Assembly: GCF_006345805.1 (NCBI RefSeq)
Contig: NC_043018.1
Coordinates: forward strand, 4,960,001-5,024,000
Direction: 5' to 3'
From: Octopus sinensis
Lineage: Eukaryota
DNA: 64,000 nucleotides
The notes beneath the pieces were generated by a model. It had not been told where the DNA came from and did not search any database. It saw nothing but the letters and a program-made list of their open reading frames with translations. Numbering within the stretch: position 1 is the first letter of the stretch; each line of letters begins with the position of its first letter. The translations under genes and the position numbers were made by a program. Positions 26,200 to 38,791 of the stretch are shown here, in pieces.

Positions 26200-26545
26200 C
26201 TATACATGGACCTTCAACACTACATCCTGTCCAAAATTGGCCCTGTTAGGAAGATCCCACATCGTACGCGAGACACTATCAATTCAATAATACAACTCAA
26301 ACAAAGCAATCCGCAGACACAGTAAATATCCAATAAAATGAACACAACACGCAATGCAAACACAACTACAACAAATGATTGCAGCAAACGCCATGACAAA
26401 AGAAGCTGACGCAATACAATACCAGGAAGAGTTTTTACGCTCCCTCAACAACAACAAAAAAAGAACACCCAAAGCTGCACACACCCCAGCAACACGGAGG
26501 TGCAGCAGGTGATGCAGTAGAAATTTGCCTAAAAATACAGTCTGT

Positions 26546-26548
<3 letters not shown>
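26200..26548 (+). mobile_element. Dong/R4 3' end with UTR and (TAA)n tail
   Basis: Translates KLALLGRSHIVRETLSIQ*, homologous to the end of the 17131 ORF. The UTR is followed by (aat)n. Confidence 0.7.
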
Positions 26549-26579
<31 letters not shown>

Positions 26580-26670
26580 TAATAATAATAATAATAATAA
26601 CAATAACAATAATGATAATAATAATAATAATATAAATATTGTAATATATTAATACTATAATAATATATTA

Positions 26671-26908
26671 ATATTGTTATATTTCATTTATTATTTTTTT
26701 TTGCCAAATAAGCACAAACACTTTATATTCGTTCTTCACTCGTTTATTTCTGTTCTTATGTGTGACGAAAGATTTCCAGACAATGGAGATAAAATAAAAT
26801 AAGAACAGTAATAAACGAGTGAAGAACGAATACACAGAGCGTGTGTTTATTTGGCAAAGAAACAAACACACACACACACAAAATAACCATCCCGAAATAT
26901 AACAATAT
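26671..26908. repeat. Nested inverted repeat (MITE-like hairpin)
   Basis: 60-bp arms at 26700-26759 and 26799-26858, plus an outer perfect 15-bp IR atattgttatatttc (26671) / gaaatataacaatat (26894). Confidence 0.8.
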
Positions 26909-27039
26909 CTGTTTCAACACACGCATTCACATCAGGAATCTTGCAACACAAATTCATAAATTATATTATAATTATTATTATTGTTATTGTTATTATTAGT
27001 ATTCCTTCGTAACACAGTATAGGTAAAAATGCACCGGAG

Positions 27040-27262
27040 TCTTTAGTCATCTGTCAAGTCACAAGGACCTCAGACAGACAATACCTACCTTAAGATGTGC
27101 GCTGTGCCCAATAAGGCTGCTTTTTGCAAGACATCCTTAAAAAGTTTTGAAGTTTCAATGGGATCACCACTGGTATCACTCTCGCATTCCACACAGTCTT
27201 GCTATTTTCCACTTTCAATTTGGAGTACTAGGTCATTTTTTCAACCTCTCTACTCACAACAT
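27040..27262 (-). mobile_element. Dong/R4 3' fragment
   Basis: Frameshifted EVEKM..YSKLKVE...WN..VIPVV...QKAALLGTAHILR; bounded by (ATT)n. Confidence 0.65.
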
Positions 27263-27289
27263 TCATTATTATTATTATTATTATTATTA

Positions 27290-27624
27290 AAAAGGGTAAA
27301 GACCCCCTTCGGTCATGAATGACCATGGGATTGCACCTAGAAAGTTACCCTCCTAGATACAAGTCCGGGCAAGGTTGTTTATGGAAAACCAGCAGTCGCC
27401 CATGCATACCAGCCTCCCCTCTCCACGCCACCAGTGTTATCCAAGGGAAAGACAAAGGTCGACACAGCTTGGCACCAGCGACGTCGCAACTCATTTTCTA
27501 CAGCTGAGTGAACTGGAGCAACGTGAAATAAAGTGCTTTGCTCAAGAACACAACACGCAGCCCGGTCCGGGATTCGAGCTCACAACCTCACGATCGTAAG
27601 CTCGACGCTCTAACCACTGAGCCA

Positions 27625-27626
<2 letters not shown>
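27290..27626 (-). mobile_element. tRNA-derived SINE sharing the family C core but with a different 3' half
   Basis: Minus strand atggctcagtggttagagcg...gagctcgaatccc...ttgagcaaagcactttatttcacgttgctccagttcactcagctg, followed by unrelated 3' sequence; flanked by (ATT)n. Confidence 0.75.
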
Positions 27627-27670
<44 letters not shown>

Positions 27671-27677
27671 GTTATTG

Positions 27678-27720
<43 letters not shown>

Positions 27721-27784
27721 CATTATCATTATCATTATTATTATTGTTATTATTATCATTATCATCATTGTTGTTGTTGTTGTT

Positions 27785-28640
27785 TTACTTCTCAGAACAT
27801 TCGGTCTTGTTTGCTCTGGTAGATTCTGTGATAGCGGGCAGCAGCCTGCTGTCCGATGACTCACATGATCTCTTTCTGCAGATTATGAGCTTTGATTCTT
27901 GGTGGTTAATTATCGTGGGAGGCATTCAACATCCAAGTTCCAACCTCAAAACCCTTTCTATTGCAGAGAAGTTTTTGGGATTTGCTTTGCTCTCATGTCG
28001 ATTTCATTGACATTTTTCTCGAACTTAGTTCTTAGTACTCCGAGCGCCCCCTACAACTAATGGAATGACAGACACTCTTCACATAGTCCACATTCTTGCA
28101 ATTTCCTCTTTTAGTACTCCGAGCGCCCCTACAACTAATGGAATGACAGACACTCTTCACATAGTCCACATTCTTGCAATTTCCTCTTTTAGTAGTCTGT
28201 ACTTTTCAATCTTTTCTAGTTCTTTGTCATTTATGTGTGTATCCCCTGGTATTGCATTATCTATAATCTTTATTTCCTTTCCTCCCCACCTCCTTTATCT
28301 ACCACAACAATATTTGGTCTCTGAGCCTCGATTCGAGAGTTACATTGGATCGTACCATTTCCGTGCTCTGTTAAGGCCGTACTTTCCCGCATGGCCTCCA
28401 GTGGACGAACGTAGCTACGCTATCGTGCCTCCTTTTGTAGTGCTTTTGGGCCAGCTTGCTACACTCACTCACAACATGTGAGATTGTTTCATTTCTGCTG
28501 CCACACATCTTACAAAGGGGCGATTCACTGCTCTTATCTATTTGGAACTTGGTGTAATTCGTTCTCAGACCTTGTTCCTGGGCGCTGCTTATCGATGCCT
28601 CCCTGCATCCTTTCAGATCACTTTTTCTTAGCCATCTCCA
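27785..28640 (-). mobile_element. Dong/R4 3' fragment (zinc finger and RLE)
   Basis: Translates WRWLRKSDLK...AQEQGLRTNY...PLCKMCGSRNETISHVVSECSKLAQKHYKRRHD...EKIEKYRLLKEEIARMW...VIPLVVGALG. Confidence 0.8.
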
Positions 28641-28644
28641 AATG

Positions 28645-28900
28645 TTGATCTTGACTCAGGTTCGGTCTTATTTCTGGTATGATTTATGTAGGTAGCGGGT
28701 ACATAACCTGTAAGCTTAGGTATCCATAAGTTTTCAGTAGTCTTACAAGTGCTTAGAACCCTTCTGATAATCTTTGCTGTCCCAATGAGAAACTTTCTGT
28801 AGGACATTCTATTTCAATCTCCTCCAGCCATTTGTCTGTACCTTTGCTTACTGTTCTCAATGCACTAATTATTATAGGCACCACCTTTACAGTTCTCTAG
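28645..28900 (-). mobile_element. Dong/R4 3' fragment, directly upstream of the 27785-28640 copy
   Basis: Translates TVKVVPIIISALRTVSKGTDKWLEEIEIEC..., the same subfamily as 20885-21200. Confidence 0.7.
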
Positions 28901-28906
28901 ACTCGA

Positions 28907-28943
<37 letters not shown>

Positions 28944-29024
28944 TTATTATTATTATTATTATTATAAATTAAAACAGCTGAGGTGTGGCATGTACATTAG
29001 CCAGAGATTGTGACTGACAGCAAT

Positions 29025-29073
29025 AAAGACACCATCCTCTGTTGGAATAAACCCATCCATATTGAGAGAGAGC

Positions 29074-29106
<33 letters not shown>

Positions 29107-29470
29107 TGAGAGAGAACCCAACAAGCTTGGCATCGTAATGAGGGACATGAAGGAGAGGAGATGTATACTTATCGACGTTACAATGCATTACGAAGAAACA
29201 TCTCCATCGAAGAAAAAAAAAGCAGTGACATTGACCAAGAAAAAGATCTCGAGATCGAAACCAACGGAATGTAGGATATATGGATAGGCCAAAATAATAC
29301 CTGTGGTCATTGGAGCAGGTGGAGTCACGGAGAAAAGAATGGAAAAGTTCACCAACCATATCCGGGTAGCATTAATATTTATGGTACGGAGAGTGCTGTC
29401 AATGAAATAATATCTTCCCCGTAGAGCCCCAGGTCCATAGTTCGGACCCGGCTCTGTAGGATATAAAACA
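29025..29470 (+). mobile_element. Dong/R4 3' fragment interrupted by (GA)n
   Basis: Translates TILCWNKPIH...IVMRDMKERRCILIDV...KKKDLEIE...KIIPVVIGAGG...RRVLSMK*. Confidence 0.7.
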
Positions 29471-29580
29471 AGAAGTGGAAAAGGAAACAGCAACAATAGC
29501 TACAACAACGATGACAACAACGATAATAATAATAATAATAATGATGATGATGATGATTACGACGCTGATGATAATAATAA

Positions 29581-29775
29581 TGGCTTCAAGTTTTGGCACG
29601 TGACCAGCAAATTAGGAAGAGGGTGTTAGTTGATTACATCGACCCCAGTATTCCACTGGTATTTATTTTATCGACCTCGAAAGGATGAAAGGTAAATTTG
29701 ACCTCGCCGGAATTTGAACTCAGAACGTAAACACGGACGAAATACCGTTATGTATTTTGCCTGGCTCGCCGCCTT
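29581..29775 (-). mobile_element. tRNA-derived SINE, family A, embedded in (TAA)n
   Basis: Full body from tggcttcaagttttggcac to ctcgccgccttaa. A degenerate neighbour lies at about 29870-30010. Confidence 0.85.
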
Positions 29776-29788
29776 AATAACGATGATA

Positions 29789-29820
<32 letters not shown>

Positions 29821-30183
29821 AATGATAATAATAATAATAATAATAATAATAATTATAATAATAATTTCTAACATGGGCACAAGGCGTCATAGTTAGGGAA
29901 GGGTGTTCCGATGTAATCGATTCAGTAGAGTATTGCTGCACATAATTGACCCCCAGCAAAATTAAGAGCAAAGATAACTTCGGCGTGGTTTGAACTCAGA
30001 ATATAAAGGGACGTAATTAGATACATCAAAACCTATTTTCTTCAAACCTTATTAATTCTCTCTATCCCAATCTTAATTTCCAGATAAAGAGAACATAACT
30101 AAATGTTGTCAAGCATTTCTAATCTAGGATTATTTTGTGCCTATCACTCCACTACCCGTTTAATAATAATAATAATAATAATG

Positions 30184-30237
<54 letters not shown>

Positions 30238-32035
30238 TAGTAGAGGTAATATTAACAATAATAAAAACGGTAATAATAATACTTGTAGTAGTAGTAGTGG
30301 TAATAATAATAATAATAATAATAATAACGACAAAATGAAAAGTTATAGGAGCAAAAGGAAGCAGGGAAAAGTTGACAGACAGGTTATAACAGAAACATGA
30401 AAATACGGCAAAAAAGAGAGGTGACGTGATAAAGAAAGCGATAAAGATGCGACAGAAGCATGAAGACGTGCCAAAAAATATGGAAACATAAACGGAAATA
30501 AGCGAAAACGACAATAAAAAACAACAACAAAAAATCGTATGTGAATAAAGTTTAACTTAAAGAACAAAACAAAAAAAGTTTAAATGGATAAATGAAAAAG
30601 AAAAAAATATTCTTTAATCTTTCTTTTAATTTCATTTTGTTGTTGTGATGAAGTTGTTGTTTTACTTTCTAAAGGGGAAATATTTTTTTGAAAGATCTTT
30701 TTGTAAAATAAATAAAAGTCAATTTGCCAAAAAAAAAGAAAGAATAATAATAATAATAATAACAACAACAACAAAGGTCCTGAATAGGTTTTTTTCTCTT
30801 TTTATATATATATTTGATATATAGGGAATTTTGAAGGGAACAGGGGTTAGGGTTTAGGGCAGTGGTGGTTTTGAAGTTTATGTTTCTTTCAAATGTCCGT
30901 TTGGTATTGGTCTTGATGGTTTGTGGGGGTTAAATGTTATTAAAGGTCAAAGTTCATTTATTCAGATCAAAGATGTTTTCTGTTTATTTTTTTTATTCGA
31001 CGATTCTTTTTTTCCTTTGAGTCAGTTCGAGTTGAGAGTGAGGTGGCGTTTGGGGTTGGCATCGGTGAAGAAAACGTATACGGGGGTGAGGGAAAACCCC
31101 CTGAAATGTCCACATTTTATAATTGATTAAAAAAAAATTGTTTTCCTTATTGTTTTCAAAAACAAAAACAATAAAACCCACGACATTGTCACATTTTCTG
31201 TCATTTATTCTAACGTTTTTGCTTTTGTTTTTATGCGTTTGTGTGTGTGTTTTTTTAAAGTTGTTTTTTGTTTACTTATTGCTGCTGTTTGAAATCTGTT
31301 TGTTCCAGAAAATAGTGATTATGATAATAACCATGAAGATAATGATGATGACGACGGCGATGCTGCTGCTGCTGCTGCTGATGATGATGATGATGGCGAT
31401 GACGAAGAGGATAATGAGAATGGCGTTGATAATGATAATGTTGATGATGATGATGATGATTTTGGAGTTAGGGTTGTTGTAATTTTACTGCTTTTCTTTT
31501 TACATTTTGTTATGGTTTAGGCCCTGGTCAACTCTGATCGGACGAAAGTTCCATGGTCAAAGTCGTTCCAACCGTGAACATCTCGTCTTCTGAAGGATAT
31601 GTATGACGACATTATGGAACAATTTCTGTTGTGATATAAACATGGCTAGGATATATGGCGAGAGGGAGACTTGGCTGCTACTTCTAGCAAAAAGAGAGAC
31701 AACATAGAAACTTCATCGTCATCGTCTTAGTAGTAGTAGTAGTAGTAGTAGTAGTAGCAGCTGTAGTTATTGTTGTTATTTTACAGTTGGTACTGGTCCT
31801 AATACTTATTCCGAGATACACCTTACCAAAACTTGGGGATACAGCATCAGCAATGCTTCTGGGGTCTTAGACAGTTTCGGGCCTTTCAGTATCAGATCCA
31901 CTCGCTCTGCTGACTCAGGCTGCTGGTAACATTAATGCATAGCAACGCTATATTGGGTTTACTAATATTTCAGAATGGTACGGTTTAAAAAAGTGTTTCA
32001 TATTAAGCTAAGACAAAACAATTGCTTAGTGCCCT

Positions 32036-32116
<81 letters not shown>

Positions 32117-32459
32117 AATATATGTATACATACATATATATATATTCGCACATATATATATACATATATATATATATACACATACATATATATATACACA
32201 TACATATATATATATACATACATATATATACATATATACATACATATACATACATATACATATATATATACATACATATATATATATACATACATATATA
32301 TATATACATGTATATATATACATATATATATACATACATATGTACATATATAAATGTATATATATACATACATATACATGCATATATATACATGTAAATA
32401 TATAGAATGCATATATGTATATATATATATATGTATATATGTATATATATATATATATA

Positions 32460-32553
<94 letters not shown>

Positions 32554-32965
32554 TGCTTGTATGTTTACACAGAAGTAGAAAATTTGTTGGTGATTGATGC
32601 TGAATGTGTTGTTGTCGTTATTCGTGTAGCTGTGGATGCAGTTCATTAAATCTCTTTGCCCTCGTATATTTACACTTTGATTTCTACATCTCGGTGCCCA
32701 CTTTTGCCATACACACACATACATATATGTTTCATGTATATATCTAAATATTATATATATATATTATATATATATATAATATATATATATTATATATATT
32801 ATATATATGCATGTATGTATATATATATGCATGTATGTATTGTGTATATTTCCATACTGTTGTCGTCTACTTTTACATCTTCTTCCATGAATTCCCTTCT
32901 TTGAGAGTGAGGAGGTGGCGAGTGGGTTGGGAAGGAATTGGGAAATTGTAGAGTGAGAGGTAATA

Positions 32966-32996
<31 letters not shown>

Positions 32997-34048
32997 GCGA
33001 TGGAGGTAAAAGTGGAGTTTACCATAACCCTCTTTGTTTTCACCGCAACCAACCCCGATCGAACGCCTTTATATTATTTAATAATAATAATAATAATAAT
33101 AGTAATATTATTATTATTAATATTTTTATTTATTTGTTGTTCCTTTTTTCCCATTCATTTTCTCTTCTTTTCTCTCTTCCATTTTCTCTCTTTTTTTTTT
33201 AATTATTTATTTATTTAATTTTGTGACAATTAAGTTGAAAACTATAAATAGTAACATGCAAAATAGAACAGAAGAGTTAATTTATCATTTATTAATATTA
33301 TTATTATTATTATCTTTTTTTTTGAAAGATTTTGAGGGAACATGTAGTTATATGACAATGCTTTGGGTGGGTCCAAAAAAAAAGGGAAAGTTGAGGAAGG
33401 ACAGTGGAAGGGTGGGAGAAGGAAACATGTGGCTACATGACAATGTTTTAGTTAAAAAAAAAACAAGAAAAAAACCAAATGATTGTCCACCATTTTCTTC
33501 ACGTGATTTCATCTATTTTTTTTTCAATTTCTTCTCGTCTTTATTTTTATCATTCTCCCTTTCTCTCTTTCAATTTTTTCCTTTAAATTCATTTTCTGTT
33601 CATATTTGTTATATTTCCTTCTTCCATTTTATTTCATTCCAAATTTCTTGAAGAAACCCATGCTGTTGTTTTATGTTGTTATTCATTTAAAAAAATTTCT
33701 GTTTTATTTTAATTTTTCGTTCTTTACTTTCTTCCTTTAGACAGTTTTGGCTGCTACGTTCAATAATTTTCATTATCGACGTTGTTATTTATCATTAACA
33801 ATCAACTTTATTATTAATATTATTATCATTATTATTGTCATTATTAATGTCATCAATATCATTACCAACAATATCATAATTGCTGGTATGATGGTCGGTA
33901 AGAAAGAAAACCATACAATGATCGCCATTGTCTTTTTCTTGCTTTCTCTTTTTCAGCCGTAATCTTTACAGCATATTTACCATTCCTTTCTTTAAATATA
34001 TGTACATTCATACATACAACACATATATGTATGTATGTGTGTATATAT

Positions 34049-34096
<48 letters not shown>

Positions 34097-34292
34097 ATAT
34101 ATATATACATATATTATATAATATACATATATATACATATATGTATATACATATATATACATCATATTATATATACATATATATATACATATTATATTAT
34201 ACATATATATATACAATATATTAATATACCTATATATATACATATATATATATACATATATATATATGCATGTTGTATATATACATATATAC

Positions 34293-34352
<60 letters not shown>

Positions 34353-34602
34353 ACTCTCATTATGTTTTTTTCTCTTGGAAAATTGAACAATTTTCAACGT
34401 GTTTATCTTTGTACAGATATATAATATATCTTATATATATATATTATATATATATATAATATATATATATATATCTAAAATTATATATATATTATATATC
34501 TATATATATACATATATGTACACACATATATATATATACACATATATACATATACAGATATATATATATATACGATATATATATATATACATACATATAT
34601 AG

Positions 34603-34633
<31 letters not shown>

Positions 34634-34634
34634 C

Positions 34635-34670
<36 letters not shown>

Positions 34671-34918
34671 TTTAAATATATAAATATATTATTTCTTCCA
34701 CTTTCAATCTCTTTCTTTCAAGGATTTTTCCTTCCCTTTTTTTTTCCATTTATTTCGTTCGGTCTTTCTTATTATTATTCTTTAATGCCTTCAAAATTTT
34801 AATTTGTGTTATTATTGATGTTGTTGTTTCAGAAAATTTTCTTTTCAATTTTTATGTTGTTTTATTGTTCCTGTTTTGGTTTTTTTTTTCTGCTGTAGTG
34901 AAAATCGTTAACGCTCCA

Positions 34919-34974
<56 letters not shown>

Positions 34975-35296
34975 GTATATATATATATGTATCTATTTAT
35001 CAATTTATGTGCACACATATATTTATACATTTATAGATATTTGTACACATAGCGTAATATATATATATATATACATATACATACTACATACATACACACC
35101 ACACACACATATATATATTATTGTATATGTATGTATTATAATATATTATATTATATATTATATATAGATATATATATATATATATAGGTATACATATATA
35201 TATATATGTGTATAATATATTATATATATGTATACATATATATATATATGTGTATATATATATATTATATAATAATATATATATATATATATATGT

Positions 35297-35340
<44 letters not shown>

Positions 35341-35649
35341 TATGAATGTATATATATATATGTATGTATATATGTGTTTCATTTTTGTATGATTTTGTTG
35401 GTAAAATGATGCTTTTGTGGGTGTTTCTTTAAATAATTGGTATTTTACTGAGAGTTCAATATCTGAAGAGCTCTCTTAAGAAGGAGAAGAATTTGGTCTT
35501 CGTAAGAAAGAGGCTTGTTCCGGGGAGGAGGTTTAAAATCCATACATTGGCCAAGTTCCTGAAAAGAAGGTATCAGAAATTAAGTCAATTAGGACAGACG
35601 TGACCAATATCGATTACTGGTTGTATTAATTATTATTTTATTATTATTA

Positions 35650-35691
<42 letters not shown>

Positions 35692-35802
35692 CATTATTAT
35701 TATTATTATTATTATTATTGTTTTAATCCTTGTATGTTTGTATGTATGTATGTATGTATGTATGTATGTATGATGTGTATATCTATATATATTATATATA
35801 TA

Positions 35803-35844
<42 letters not shown>

Positions 35845-36367
35845 CATGAAACCGTCTTTCGCCCCTTTCAGTGGTCTTTAAGTTATACATACCTCCCCTG
35901 ACTGTTCCTCTTTTATTTTCTACGGCTTTTGGGAACCTTGTATGAATGGAATAACCTTACCCCCCCCCCCAAGTTACAAGGGTCTTCACATTTACTCCAA
36001 CACCAATTTCTTAATGGTATATTCGTCATGAAAACACTCAACAGTATTCGAACATTGTTTGAATTCGATCCAAGCAGGAACCGAATTCGGAACACCGAGA
36101 GATTTAAATGCTGAGCCTCAAACATTTCGTCACTGGGCCCGTTGCTCATTTCTGTCTGAAATTACTCTTTATAATTTGAATTTTCATTTTGAAGCTTCAG
36201 TTGTTAATTTTCGATTTATTCTTAAACCCATGACTGCTGTAAAAATACTATCTCTGAGATGTCAAATACATGGCCACTGTGACCCCCGTATCCTACTGGA
36301 CCGCAGCAGGTTGGGGTAGGGACGGAATGACACCGTTAAAAACTTTGTTATCTTGTAGTTTTTAGGT

Positions 36368-36642
36368 CAGTGGTTCGCAGCCATTTTTTAAAAATATCCA
36401 TGGACCGTTTTGAAACCCATTTAAGTCGGGTGAACCGTCATCGCTATTCGATGTTTACAAAATCCAATTATATTTTTAAAATTAAATATTAGGAAATGTG
36501 TAGAAAAAATTATTAAAACATTTTGGGTAATGTAGAAATATAATTGATTTATTGCATCAGTTTTAACAACAGAATGCAATCTGGGCACCGAAGGGCCACA
36601 TGAAGCCTTAAGAGCCATATGGACCCCGGTTGAGAACCACTG
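36368..36642. mobile_element. hAT-type MITE
   Basis: TIRs cagtggttcgcagcc / ggttgagaaccactg; 8-bp target duplication ttttaggt / ttttaggc (7 of 8 match). Confidence 0.8.
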
Positions 36643-38488
36643 TTTTAGGCGAAGATGAATCTGGTGCAGCCCCTGTCCATTCCTGATTTATATAACTCCA
36701 GGAGGAGCTATGAACGGCCTATATAATCCCACTCGTTACTGTTGTAGTTAAGTGCTATCAACTAATGCTGTTGTTGAGACCAGCTGCTGCTGCTACTACA
36801 TTTACTGCCATATTAAGAGAAAACGAACCAACGTTTTTCTGTCGCTCATCCATTACCCTATCCCACTCGGTTTTCCCACTTTCCCTACAACAACCGCATC
36901 AAGTACACACACTACTCTAAAGCTCTTAGTAGTGACTAGGCGCTTGTATACTTAACATTTAACAAAATGTAAAAGTATGGTATCCTACAAAGAGCATCCA
37001 TCGTATGGTACCTCACAAACTGTACCCTTAGTATATATTATAGTCTTACAAAGTGTATATACATCACAGGAATTTCCTGTTTGTTGCAAGAAGCATGGCT
37101 TAATTTGAACCCGAGTGATAGAATTTCGTGAGAAAGCACATGATCCTGAAGTTAAGCAATAGGGCTCTCGATCATAAACTCTGTTTATAGATGTAATCAG
37201 GTTCCTTTTAAGTGGCATCTATTTGCAGCTACGTGGACTGTGAATGGTATCAAACACCTTTAGACCCCTCTATTTACGCAACTTATTTACGATTGGGTAA
37301 CACGTTTAGATTCTTTCATCTACGTAACCTATTTACGGTTAGGTCCTTCAAGTTACGTAGCTTGTTTACGGTTAGGTGGACTGCGAATAACACTATTAGT
37401 TCGTCAACCCTCACACCCATTCATGTAAATTGTTTACAGATTGATAGAATAAAGTCTACAGTAGTATAAACTAATTATAGTAGTGTGACCTGTTTACATA
37501 CATGTACATAGGTAAAATACTAAATTCTCGCCACTGCATGTCACATGTTTTACAGCCAGGTGAAGTGAACACGGCAATGACAGAACAGCTATCCACTAGC
37601 ACATATTCAGAGATGAACCAGTTAAATCCGTGCTTCACAGAGTTGGGTCAATTAAATATTTGTTCCTTATACGAAGAACATGGGATTAATAGATCTATAA
37701 CATAAATCGCTATGGTACCTATTTAAAGCTGGACAAATTTATTCAATGATAATAGAATTCTTTTGTTCAATGTAGATAGAAAAGGTATCCAAATGAGAGC
37801 TGTTGGTTCTTAAGTATGACTTTGAAATATGGATGGATAGATAAAAAAACAGAACAGCATTACTATTTTGTGATGTTAGATGAGAGATGCTTGAATCGAA
37901 AATAAAATAAAAATAATAATAATAAAAGAGAAAAATTGGGAAAAAACATAATAAAACGCACAGAATCAAGAACAAAAGAAAACAACAAAAGAAACAAATC
38001 AAAATGAAAGGAAATAATATAAATTGACAAATTATTCTTTGAAATATATAAACTTCATTAAGGCAAAAAATTAATTACGAAATACTAATGGATCATTATT
38101 ATCTTAATGGATTAAAAGAACGCTCAAGGTATCTGGGTTGTTTCATACGTCACTAAGTCTATATAATGTACCTTCGTACATACATACATGCACACGCGTA
38201 TACCTACAACATGCATACACATTTACATACGTACGTACACAGGGATATGTTTATATGCACACACACACACACACACACACAACACATATGCTTACACACA
38301 TAGTGTCTCGTATACTTCTTGGTATATTTTAAGTTTTCTAGAAAAAAAAAACACCCAATAAATGCAACTTCATAAATGCATATATATTTACATACATGCA
38401 CACAATGCTGTGTTGTGTGTTTACATATATATATATATATATCTATATATATATAATATAATAATATATATATATACACATACATATG

Positions 38489-38532
<44 letters not shown>

Positions 38533-38749
38533 TATTATAGATAGAACAGATAGATTGATAGATAGATAGATAGAATGATTTAGATATGTCAGTAGTAAGG
38601 CTTTAACAAGAAGATTAGCACTCGATCAGTTAAGAGAGTAAAAGTAATATACAAAAACCATGATTCGTTATGTTTACTCTTCTTAATCAAATACCAGCTA
38701 TATATTGTGGGTCAGTTCAAGTGAAATCACTTGCATTATAAATTCGTGT

Positions 38750-38791
<42 letters not shown>

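Noticed and set aside
30864-30878. ggggttagggtttaggg as interstitial telomeric repeat
   Set aside because: Only about two imperfect units, expected by chance.
36985-37260. Possible RT remnant (KVFDTIH...) on the minus strand
   Set aside because: Only one motif-like word; downstream QG and YxDD motifs are not recognisable.
37275-37376. CRISPR-like repeat-spacer reading
   Set aside because: Three degenerate repeats with unequal short spacers, no cas genes and a eukaryotic context.
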